Below are positions 35,330 to 45,797 of a DNA stretch of 64,000 nt, piece after piece. A program made the position numbers and the translations under genes. The notes beneath the pieces were generated by a model, which was not told the DNA's origin, did no database searches, and saw only the letters and a program-made list of their open reading frames with translations. Position 1 is the first letter of the stretch. Each line of letters begins with the position of its first letter. Source of the stretch: Naegleria gruberi (taxonomy: Eukaryota); the NCBI GenBank assembly GCA_000004985.1, contig GG738845.1, one strand, 5' to 3'.

Positions 35330-35968
35330 TTAGAAAGCAAAGAACAACAAGGCAACCAAAGTAAGAACAAAGAAGGAGACCTTCATAGCAGTAGCATTGT
35401 TAGCAGCAGTACAATGAACCTTGTAGCCACTAACACAGAGTCCATTAGCACCAGGCAAAGCCTTTTCACCAGTGGTACAAGCAGTATCAGTATAAGCCTT
35501 AAGGTTTCCACATCCAGAGACCTTGAGAGCCTTGAAATCAAAGAAGGAAACTTTGTCAGCAACAGACCTCAAAGCATCTGGAAGAGTTGGCATTTGGATA
35601 CAGACAGAAGAATCGAGGTTAGCACTAACACTGAATGAGGCAGATATCTTAGCACCATCAGATGAAGAACAAGTAGCATCAGTTGGACCATAATAGCTAA
35701 TCATGACAGTACCAGCTGGTGCTTCAGCAGGCATAGTCTTTTCAGCACAGAGAGGCTTGACGGACAAGCTACCAAGAGAAGTACAAGAAAGATCAGTACA
35801 GACTGGATCTAAGAGAGGAACCTTAGTATTAAGGGTAACGTTTCCAATAACATCACTTGAACAATCAGAGGTCTTGTAAATAGCAAAGCGTTCATGACCA
35901 GTACCTAAGGCCAAAACATATTGGAGGGAGACTAATCCCAAGAAGAGAGCAATAATAAATGATTTCAT
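35330..35968 (-). CDS. secreted Cys-rich surface protein with an N-terminal signal peptide and a C-terminal hydrophobic GPI-anchor-like tail
   Basis: MKSFIIALFLGLVSLQYVLA signal. 16 or more Cys. The C-terminus ends in the hydrophobic VSFFVLTLVALLFFAF. Codon usage is strongly biased to C/G-ending codons, unlike its neighbours. Confidence 0.5.
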   Translation of the reverse strand: MKSFIIALFLGLVSLQYVLALGTGHERFAIYKTSDCSSDVIGNVTLNTKVPLLDPVCTDLSCTSLGSLSVKPLCAEKTMPAEAPAGTVMISYYGPTDATCSSSDGAKISASFSVSANLDSSVCIQMPTLPDALRSVADKVSFFDFKALKVSGCGNLKAYTDTACTTGEKALPGANGLCVSGYKVHCTAANNATAMKVSFFVLTLVALLFFAF

Positions 35969-36521
35969 TGTTGTGTTATTTTGTTTTTGATTGTTTTATA
36001 AATTGATAAACTAAGGCTGCCTTTTATTTCGTCAAGGGTCAACCTGTGAATCTGATTACAAATCTAAGAGACACAACATATAGTAAGTTCATCCAGTAGT
36101 ATTTCATTATAATCCCTAACAAGCGCTCCTCTCGCTTTCAGGGCCTTAATATGTAACGAATATCTCTACTTTTGTAAATTGTTTATACATTGCTTATAAA
36201 GTTCATTACCAGAACACTGGTTCAAAAGATATCACCACAATTCAACAAGCTTTTTTCCCAGCAATTGACGCTTCTGGTGTTCACAAGCGTTGAAAAGACC
36301 TGTTTATCTCTGATGACCAATATATGATAAGGGTTAAGGGGATTGGACTGTATTGTTTTGGCACATATTGTTATTATTCTTTATTGATGGTCAAGATAAG
36401 TGAATTGATTCATGATTCAAGATTTTGTCTTTCAGGTTTCCATCAACTTTTCGATTTTAAATTGTTCGTCGAAGAAGAGAGTTTCAAAATGCTGTCGTTG
36501 CAGACTGGAGAAATAGCATCT

Positions 36522-37157
36522 TTAGACATGATTAAGAACTTCAGGTGTTGAATTATATTGAACCACAGAGGATGCCTCTGTTGTTTGTGAAGTGGAATAG
36601 GTTGTAGTAGTTGGTTGAACAGTGGTGACCTTTGTGGTCTTTCTTGTTTCTATAACCTTACTGTGAGGTTGTACAATGGTGGCGTTTGCCAAAGGTGCCA
36701 CATTACTTCTCAATATAAAGAACCATCTAATACCAACAATTAAGAGTATCATACCAATCAAGAGGAAAAACACAGAGACCAAAGCAAGAACGATCGGAAT
36801 AGCCATATGAAAACATGTAGTTGGATCGTCGACTTCAGAACCCACACAAACTAGTGAAATTGTTAAATGGTTGGTAATCAAACAATACTTACTTGAATAG
36901 TAACTTCCAATACCAATTGATGCCAAACCAGCCAGGATACCAATAATAAGACATAAGGCTCCCAAAACAATTGAAATAATTGCTCTTCTCTTCTTAATTT
37001 GATAGTACACAGTGGCTCCTTTCTGACCAAGTCCACCATTCAATACAATTGGACGAATAGCTGAGAATTCAAACCCTTCCGGACGACCATCCAACAAGTG
37101 CAAAGCACGTGAAACTTTATTTGGTTTGCCTTCCATTATTACTAGTGTGTTATCCAA
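36522..37157 (-). CDS. hypothetical membrane protein (2 TM) with a T-rich C-terminus
   Basis: TM helices IISIVLGALCLIIGILAGLASIGI and IPIVLALVSVFFLLIGMILLIVGI. Contains an in-frame 42-nt GTAAGT..CACTAG segment that could be a facultative intron. Confidence 0.4.
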   Translation of the reverse strand: MDNTLVIMEGKPNKVSRALHLLDGRPEGFEFSAIRPIVLNGGLGQKGATVYYQIKKRRAIISIVLGALCLIIGILAGLASIGIGSYYSSKYCLITNHLTISLVCVGSEVDDPTTCFHMAIPIVLALVSVFFLLIGMILLIVGIRWFFILRSNVAPLANATIVQPHSKVIETRKTTKVTTVQPTTTTYSTSQTTEASSVVQYNSTPEVLNHV

Positions 37158-37657
37158 TAATAATAAATAATAGATGTGTTGGGTGATTAATAAGACTGAT
37201 CAGATCGCAACTTAAACTGCTTTTTTTAAAGTGAATTTGCACACAACATGAACTGAATGAAAAGGGAACAACAACGGTCACATGTTAAGGTTTAACTGAA
37301 AAGGGCGCTTGGCATCTATAAGGCAGATGAGGAGGGAAAGAAGTAATAAGGAAACACGCTTCACCATTCTTAAAGACTAGTGCATTATTATGGAAATATT
37401 GACTTCAAATACTATAAACAATACGCCTCTATTCAGATATTAATTTTAGAGGTCTCTTAATGTATTAATAAGACAATGGGTTTTAACATCCTTCTTCCAT
37501 TTTTGTTTTTATATCTGGATTACTTCACATTGATTCATTATATTGTCTAAAAGTGCTTTCGTGACTGATGTTTGTCAGGTCTAATAAATATTAAAATATA
37601 AAAAATAATAAAATATTAATTTCTTTTTAAAAGCGATTTTTTAGATTTTATTAAAAA

Positions 37658-40600
37658 ATGTCTCTCAACAAGGAAAGAGGCAACTCACTCATACGATCAC
37701 TTCATCTTGGTAATGTTCGTCCACACTTACAAACCTTCGGAGGAGGATCAATTGGTGAGTTTTTAGATTCTGGTAATATTATGAATAGTGGATTATTGCC
37801 AGCTAGATTGGATTTATTCTCTACACCAACAAGAGGAAGAAGTAATACGAATGGTTCCGTACATTCTATCGTACCAGAGACATCAATTAATTATGAATTA
37901 TTTTCTCTGAAGAGAATCATGTCTTTATCAACTGGTACCTATCCAGTTAGTCAATCTACACATAATTCTAATGATTATTTAATTGATACAGCACAATGGG
38001 AGGAAATTTCAATGAGTCAATCTTATTGGAACAAGTATATTATGAAAGAGAAAAAATCTGCTGATTTTTTGGATTATGATAAAGCATCATCAAATGATAG
38101 TTTGGGAAATCCGTCTAATCTAGATACAAGCTCGATTAGTTCTAGTACTAATGGATCATCACAAAATGTCGGAGATGATTTTTTCACAAATGCCATCAAG
38201 CAAAATGCAACTTCTGCATCACCAAGAAAAAGACCAACATCGGAAAACTATTCAAAAGATATTAGCAATGTTTCTAAACCAGTTACATTTAAAAATGTAA
38301 TTTCTGGTGGATCGAGTACACTATATAATGTTATTGCTTGTTTGTGTTCGAATAATGTGATTGTGCTGAGATTTTTTGGTACTGTTAAATATATCGAGAG
38401 AGATGATGAAAAACATAAACATGGAAAATATAATGATGAGGATGAAATGTCTGAAACTGAGAGTGTCGCCTCTGTAGGCTCTGTTAATAATATGGGAGGT
38501 GCTAATCTTCGTATGGAGGATGAAGATTATTCCAACAATAGATTATGTTCTCCTATTGTACGATGTTTGAGTTATTTTCAAGAAAATGAAATTGATATAG
38601 AAACAATTTCAATGGAAGAGAGTGCTAGATGGTTGAGCTGCATTACAGCAGAAGGAGATGTATATATTGTACCAATTTGTAGATTATTTTTCCCTTATAA
38701 TTTGGATAATAGTTATCCATTTAAGAAAAATCAAGACGATTCCAATGGTGGTATTAACTTACATCCATCATTAATGGATTATACGCTTTATCAAGTCGAT
38801 ACACCATCTGAAAACAACTCTCAGAATAATCAGTTCACCGAGGCTCTTTCACTAAATCTGATGAAAAACATGGAACTTGTAGTTGCCAACTCTTCCAGTT
38901 CATTGAAAAAACATCAACAAGTACAAAAATACTATCAACAACACTTGTTACAGACCCAATCACTTTTGGAACCAATTGAGAGAATTGTCATGACTTCCAA
39001 CACCAGAACAAAGAGACAATATACACCGTTGAAGCATGGTCAAGTTACCTGTTCTGCATGGTGGGTCTCCTTTTCTAATCATCCCCTCAAAAAGTATTAT
39101 GTGATATTTGGTACTGACAGAGGATTTTTAGTTTTTTAAATTTGCATACTCTGAAAGAAGATTCTATTATTGGTGGTTTCAAGTATGGTATTAAGAATAT
39201 CAGAGTTATTTCTGATGATACGAGTGTAAAGTTTGCATTAGTTACATGTGGAAAAGGAGTTCACTACAAACAAATTCTGGAACAAATGGATTTAAATTTC
39301 CAAAGCTTTAGAAGTATTTGTGATTTTAATCAAACATCTGGAATGAGTTATGGAACAACCAAGGATGCCAAGAAGGATTTACAAAACGATATCGAAACAT
39401 TTAAACTCAGAAAAATTGATCAATTCAGTGACTCAACCTGCTATATGAATGTAAAATGGTTCGATGAGAGAGGTGTAAATATGATATCATGTTTGGATAA
39501 GGAAAAACATAGTTTTTCACTGTATGACGTAGAAACAGTCTCAAGAGCAAATGATCCAACCACAAGGAAGAGACGGGACGAAATCTATCCTCTCTTCCAA
39601 TATCATATCAATGAGAACACAAGTTTGTTACACCCAACTAATAGACTCTTGTTTTCAGTACATAGAGGAGATAGTACAAACAGGAGAGGAATATTGAGCT
39701 CCCCTTCTTTTGAAAGAGATGACAATGAATATCAAGAGAGATTATTTGTAATGAGTAGATCGTCTCTACTTGTGAATTCAAATTCTACCAAAAATAATTC
39801 AATCCTCCAGGAATTCCTCTTGCCAGCCAATGAAATGGTAAAAGGTTTCCTTAGTGGCTTTATGTACAGAGAGGACTCGATTTCACAATACAAATTCAAA
39901 GAAGAAGCTACACAATTCGAGTTGGAAGGTGTTATTTTGTGGACACAGACTGGTATTTATGAACTCCGTCAAAAGTATGCACCACTCAAAATATTTGAGT
40001 ATATTATTTCTAACAAGCAAAATGTTGTGAAAGACAGCGCTCAAGTCGATCAATTTGGGCAAACTTTTGAGATGGACATTCTTAAATTATATGAGCAATA
40101 TGCAGACGAGAAATTCGAGAGTGGAGACATTGATTTTGCATTTACACTGTACAACCTTTCGAATGTAAACGAGGTAAAATATGTACAAAGACTTTCTCAA
40201 GCAAAAAGATCAGAAGAGGCATTTAATTACTTGTTATCAGTTTTAGAAAATTCAGGAAGTATATCCCTATCAAAACGCAAGCAGCTGTCCAATCTTCTTT
40301 TTGATTGTTTTATGCAAAAGCTAATCTCATCAAAAGAATGTGATGTTGAGCTTTGCAAACAATTCAAAAATTTTTTACTGGCCAATACTGATATTAATCC
40401 ACAAGTTGTCATTTCTCAATTAGTGCAATATTGTTGTTGTGATGAGTTTAAATCACAGGAGCAAACAATAATTAATATGGAATTAGTTCTTGAGATTGCC
40501 CACAAGCACAATCTTGTAAAGTATACTTTGCAATTTTTGGTTTCTAGAGGATATATCAATATTTTGACTGAGGAGGGTGGTATTAGATTTTTACATGATA

Positions 40601-42240
40601 ACGAATATGCCTACACCACTCAATCTGTTGGATACGGCGTATTGTTACAACATTGTTCAACCAATACCAAACTCAAATTTTTGTTGGATTATCTAGAGAC
40701 AATGAGAGCAACCAGGGCTAGGGTTTTCTCCTCTTCTGAGGAGGAAGAAAACGAGGCAGAAAAGGACGAATATTTTGGAGCAATGAATTTTGGAAAAAAG
40801 CCAACCAACACACAAAAAGAATCTCCTATCAAACAACAACTCTTTTTTGAAGACACTTTTGAAACAATTCAATATAATTCCAAGCTCTTTGGATTGATTC
40901 TATGCTTGTTACCGAGAGTGGATGATCTTTGCTTACTGTTGAATGTATGCACCAAGTTTAATCCAGAGGAAAACTCTTTCATCACCAAGGAAACAAGACA
41001 AACTTCTTCTGCACTAATGAAAGATCCATCCTACACAAGATATTTCCATTACCCTTATATTCACTTGGAGCAACACTTGGAAATTTTTATAGTGGCAATG
41101 TTGTGTCTTGTTAATTTGAAGAAGAAATTGGCATTCAATCTCCCAGATTCTACTAATTCTCTCAATATTTCGTCTAACAATCTTTATACCCATACACAAG
41201 AAAAGTTGGAACAATGTATCAAGTGCTATAACATGTACAGAAAGCAATTCGTTGTATCATACTGCTTGAAATTACATAACAAGTCAGTGCTTGCACTTAT
41301 CTATGAGAAGGACGAAATGTGGATCGATGCACTTTGTTGTAAATTAGTACAACTGAAAGAAAACTTTAAGATTGTACTGCAGGAGCCTACAATGATGGAA
41401 AATTTACTCAAACAATTCTACACCATATTTGATCGCTATCTCACCAACAAATCAAATGAACTGGATGAAGAAACCAAACTAAAAATGTTGGAAAAGCTTT
41501 TCAACTTCTACTGTAGTCTTTCACTACCGGTTTCAAAACTCGAAGATCATTGTCTGAGGAATATACACATTATTGGAGATACTTTATCCCTTCTCTTACT
41601 GCTCCCATCTCAAAATAATGCAAGTGGAAGTATACTCAAAAAGAATCTCAAATTTTCTCATCAATTCTATCTTAAGATTACTCAAAGCTATGTTAGAAAT
41701 GTCAAGAGGCACGAGAAGGAAGAGGAAAAGGCCTCCAAAAATCTTCTCCAACAAATATTTAGAAATATGGAAAAGGACTTGTACAAGAGAAATTACATAT
41801 CAATCACTCAATCTGAAATATCAAGACTTCACCAACAAGATGAGAAATTGGTAGTGTTCACTTGTGGCGATCATTATACTAGAACTAATTTTACAAACAA
41901 TATTATTCCAGAATTCAAGAACCGAACAAGTCAACTAATTTCTGTAATGAGCTCTGATCTCAACAAGAAGGTTTTCAACTTGGCAACGGATTACATTTTG
42001 AAAGATTACCAAAACTTACTCGAAGAAAGGTGCATGCACACCAACCAAGCTTGTCCAATTTGTGTCTTTAACTTTTTCTTAAAAAATGAAAAAGCCAAAG
42101 TGCAAAAATTGAAACCACAAGCAACCAGAATGTTCCATCACCAACAAATACTTCCCAACAATAGTAATCCTTCTAATTTAAGTGAAGGCACACTCCAGTA
42201 TATTTCAAATATTGAGAAAATTACTTCTTGGACCTTATAA
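37658..42240 (+). CDS. large beta-propeller/alpha-solenoid protein with a C-terminal Cys/His zinc-finger-like motif, possibly a HOPS/CORVET-type Vps-C subunit. Two track ORFs are probably joined by an about 47-nt intron near 39111..39157.
   Basis: ORFs 37658..39139 and 39142..42240 are separated by a single stop. G|GTACTG...CTGAAAG|AA links them in frame (...YYVIF-E-DSIIGGF...). The C-terminus has FTCGDHYTRTNF ... CMHTNQACPICVF, reminiscent of RING-H2 tails. The function assignment is weak. Confidence 0.4.
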
Positions 42241-42363
42241 TAAACTGGCAACTTTCAAAAATATGATATTTGATAGAAAGATCTCAACAAAATAATGAGT
42301 TACTTGGGATGTAATGAATTTCTGAAATTGTTGTCAAAAAGAACAAATATTGAAGAACTAATT

Positions 42364-43551
42364 TTATCTCTTTACAGGTCTATTTGTAGATGGTGTAGAT
42401 CTTGTTCTGTTATTTGTTGGTTTGGTATCAAGTTTGGTTGATTGTTGAGTTGTATCCAATGGTTGTGGATTCTTTGCCTCCTTTGCTTTCAAAACCTTTT
42501 CTTGGATTCCTTCATAATTTGTTAAAAACACCAAACGATAAGCTCTCTTCCAAAGACGTTGATATCTACTGTGTACCTTGAGTCTCTCAATTTTTTCCTT
42601 CTCATTCTTTCTTTTATCTCTTTCCTCGTTTCTCTTTCTCTTTTCTTCCTCCATTACTGCAATAGCATTCTCCAAGAATACTACTCTCTTTTGGTCTCTA
42701 TTGTAATCTTGAACAAGTTGGTTGTATTTTTGAGTGTGTTCACTCATGAAATTGTCATATTTTGTAACAAAATCAAAAACTTGTTGTTCAGAGGTCAATC
42801 TGTCAAGTTTCATGTCACCTTCATCCTTGTGGTGATCCATCTTTAGCTCTGCAATCATTAATTCACATTGCTTGATTTGATCCTTAAGCATTTCCTCAAA
42901 TTTCAAGAATTTGCTATGTGCAACATCCTCTTGTGTTTTCATTGATCCACTAAATTCCTCTCTTTGGTTATTTGTACTCATTTTGAGAGCTACTAATTCT
43001 TCCTCAAGTTTCTTTAATGTTTCTTCTCTGGCAGACACTTCCTTTTCTCTGGTACTTCTCACTGAGGCAAGTTCTCTTTGAAGAGCTTTAAGGTCAGCAT
43101 TTGACTTCTTTTCCCTTGCAGCCTTTTCATTCTTTTGGTCATTCATTACTTGCTCTTCTTCCTTGGTTGTATGTAATTTATCTGCATAAATATTAACCAT
43201 CTCCTTCATGATATATACAAATCGTTCCAATCCTTCATCAGGTTTTAATGGATTTACTTGATCCACATTAAAATTGTACTGATTTAATAATTTACAAAGC
43301 TTCATATAGGTTTTCTTTACAGAAGACGAATCCGGATTTTGTACATATTCCTTAATTTTGGCATCTAGAGCCTGTTCTAGTTCATACAGCTCATAAACTG
43401 ACGAAAGAGCAGCCTCATTAATTAAGAGAGGAAGCTCACCCGAAAATAACTGATGATGTTGTGGCAAGAATTGAAGGTAACGCGTTTGAGTCAAGTGCTC
43501 ATTCAAAACCTTGATAATTCTCTCTCTTTCATCGGTTAGTTTTTGATTCAT
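42364..43551 (-). CDS. coiled-coil protein, function unknown; the start is probably the internal Met (MNQKLTDERER...)
   Basis: Predominantly coiled-coil with a Lys/Arg/Glu-rich C-terminal half. The ORF track extends to 43626. The GCGGCAAA/TTGCCGCC element would then sit inside the coding region, but is about 40 bp upstream of the internal ATG. Confidence 0.45.
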   Translation of the reverse strand: MNQKLTDERERIIKVLNEHLTQTRYLQFLPQHHQLFSGELPLLINEAALSSVYELYELEQALDAKIKEYVQNPDSSSVKKTYMKLCKLLNQYNFNVDQVNPLKPDEGLERFVYIMKEMVNIYADKLHTTKEEEQVMNDQKNEKAAREKKSNADLKALQRELASVRSTREKEVSAREETLKKLEEELVALKMSTNNQREEFSGSMKTQEDVAHSKFLKFEEMLKDQIKQCELMIAELKMDHHKDEGDMKLDRLTSEQQVFDFVTKYDNFMSEHTQKYNQLVQDYNRDQKRVVFLENAIAVMEEEKRKRNEERDKRKNEKEKIERLKVHSRYQRLWKRAYRLVFLTNYEGIQEKVLKAKEAKNPQPLDTTQQSTKLDTKPTNNRTRSTPSTNRPVKR

Positions 43552-43587
43552 TTTGTTTAAAAATATTTGTAGAGGTGTGGTTTCAAA

Positions 43588-43600
43588 AAATGGCGGCAAA
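43588..43600. promoter_or_regulatory. E2F-like half-site (AAAATGGCGGCAAAT) about 40 bp upstream of the probable start of the coiled-coil gene
   Basis: The position relative to the ATG matches the other instances. Confidence 0.25.
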
Positions 43601-43845
43601 TGCATGAAAATATTGTCATTAAACATTAAAAATATTTAACTAATATTACAAAAATATTTAAAATATTATGAAAAGGTGGCGATTTATTATTGAAAGCATT
43701 TCAATTCGCCGACTTGTAGGCTAAAATTTTTCCATTTAAAAAAATTCAACCACCATAGTGACGAAGGAATTTTTAAACCACTAAAATCGGAGTCGATTAA
43801 AATCTTCATCGTCAACACTACTATTATTTATAAATATATCGGAAA

Positions 43846-45708
43846 ATGATGAATCACAGACAATTCAATCACTTGGTTAGGATGGTTCATACAAACTTGT
43901 TGCAACATAAGAATTTATTCTCGATAGTGCAACAACGTAATATGGGTTATGCTTTTTGGCCAAAGAAAGCTGCTGAAAAGATGCAAAAAGAACGTGCAGG
44001 AAATACACCAACTCCAGAAAATACAGAAAGAATTGTTAATCCAAACAAAAAGGGACACTTTTATGAAAAACCATTGACTGAGAGTGAAAAGGAAACTGTT
44101 AATCAATTTGCTAATGAAAGTAATTATCCTCTTCCACAAAGAGTAGAACAAATCTTTAATAAGGTTGCTCCTGTACCAAAGGAATATGGTGTTGGACAAC
44201 CAAGAGCTTTTTTGAGAATTGCTGGTAAAAGGCCACAATTTTTGAAATTGGCCATTGCAATTGCAATTTTACTCGTCTCCTTGCAGATTATTAATCACTA
44301 TGGTACTATTTTCTTATTGGATGAAATTGTCAAAGAATTGTTAAATGCTAGACCAGATATTGAATCAGTATTTGCCACCCATGATCGTAGTCAAGAAAAA
44401 GTACAACTTCATCATCAATATGTTTCTGAAATGGATGAAATCTTGTCATTCTTAGACAAGAGTTTGGAAGCTGATGAAACTTTAACAAAATACTATTTAC
44501 AAACTGGAGTTATCGACAAGTTGTTAGACCTTTTACAAAAATCAGAGCACCCATTCATTTTACTTCACTCATTGACCACACTAGAAAAGTGTGTTAAATA
44601 TGATCCAAAATGTACTGAATATCTCGTAAAGGAAAAGGGTGCTATTGAAATGTTGAACGATAAATTGTTAAAATTGGGTTATGAAATGATGCAAGAAAAG
44701 AGAATTCCACTCAACAAACTCTTGAACCCTATTGTAAAATTGCTTATCAAATTGTACAGTGAAAATAATGAATGGATTACTGAAAAAGACAGACAATTCC
44801 TCACATTGGGATTACAAATTGCTCAACCAAAATATTTCCACAAAATGGCACTCGAGATTGTTCAAAATTTGGCTACTAACCAAATGAATCGTATCAATAC
44901 TGCTACTGAACAAGATTACTCAGATGAACAAAAGAGAACATCTTTGGAAAAGTCTCTAATCTCTGGAGATGTTGAATTTATGCAAAACTTGCAATTCCTT
45001 TCCCAAAATGCTCCAGTCGAAGAAGTTCGTACTGAGCTCACACTTGTTTTGGAATCACTTCAAAAATCCCACGAAGCCTACTTTAACAAGACTAAAGTAA
45101 TCAATCCAATGGATGTCTCTCCTCTCCACAATGCTGGTTTCAAAGAGACAATGTACAGAAAATATGAAATGGGACCAAAGGAAGCTATTGGTAACGTTCT
45201 CTATCTTTTCATGATTCCTTTCATGATGGGATGGTTGAGATATCGTTGGATGGGTAATGGAGCTCCAGTTCCGTTCATTCGTTGGACAATGTTCCATGCT
45301 GCCAAGCTCTTCTTTGTCACAGATTTCATACTTGCTCCAACTGCTTCCTTCTTATTTGATCCATCTAAGAGCGATTTTTCTAGAAATGTCATGATGAAAT
45401 CACCTGATGCAGTATTCCTTGGATCATTGTGTAATAGAGCATTGACCTATACTTTACAATTGAAGGCCTTCGCTGATACTTACTTTATTGCCTTCCCTTA
45501 TCTCATGAAACAATATGAAGGAACTCAATTCAGTGTCATTAAGAACTCACCACCAGTCTATGCTTATAGAATGTGGGTTGCAAGTCAATTGGTAAAGAGA
45601 AAGCATGTCTATGGTCAAATCCCACTCCAAACACAAACCATCTTGGTCAAACAAACCACTTCAGATACAGCCAAATCAAGCAACTCTGCTGGTGATGAAT
45701 GTCATTAA
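43846..45708 (+). CDS. hypothetical protein (620 aa) with a helical-repeat middle and a hydrophobic C-terminal region
   Basis: Long ATG ORF. C-terminal hydrophobic segments (LYLFMIPFMMGWL; FFVTDFILAPTASFLF). No family recognised. Confidence 0.45.
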   Translation: MMNHRQFNHLVRMVHTNLLQHKNLFSIVQQRNMGYAFWPKKAAEKMQKERAGNTPTPENTERIVNPNKKGHFYEKPLTESEKETVNQFANESNYPLPQRVEQIFNKVAPVPKEYGVGQPRAFLRIAGKRPQFLKLAIAIAILLVSLQIINHYGTIFLLDEIVKELLNARPDIESVFATHDRSQEKVQLHHQYVSEMDEILSFLDKSLEADETLTKYYLQTGVIDKLLDLLQKSEHPFILLHSLTTLEKCVKYDPKCTEYLVKEKGAIEMLNDKLLKLGYEMMQEKRIPLNKLLNPIVKLLIKLYSENNEWITEKDRQFLTLGLQIAQPKYFHKMALEIVQNLATNQMNRINTATEQDYSDEQKRTSLEKSLISGDVEFMQNLQFLSQNAPVEEVRTELTLVLESLQKSHEAYFNKTKVINPMDVSPLHNAGFKETMYRKYEMGPKEAIGNVLYLFMIPFMMGWLRYRWMGNGAPVPFIRWTMFHAAKLFFVTDFILAPTASFLFDPSKSDFSRNVMMKSPDAVFLGSLCNRALTYTLQLKAFADTYFIAFPYLMKQYEGTQFSVIKNSPPVYAYRMWVASQLVKRKHVYGQIPLQTQTILVKQTTSDTAKSSNSAGDECH

Positions 45709-45797
45709 AGAATTCTTATATTAATTTAAATCTATAATTATTGATTGTAATACTGGTGTTAATAGATGGAAAATTTAAATAAAAATCTATTAGAAAA

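Noticed and set aside
36780-36825. 42-nt GTAAGT...CACTAG segment inside the membrane-protein gene 36522..37157, as a definite intron
   Set aside because: It is in frame and stop-free, so the unspliced reading (KYCLITNHLTISLV) is equally viable. Without transcript data it cannot be decided. It is kept only as a note.
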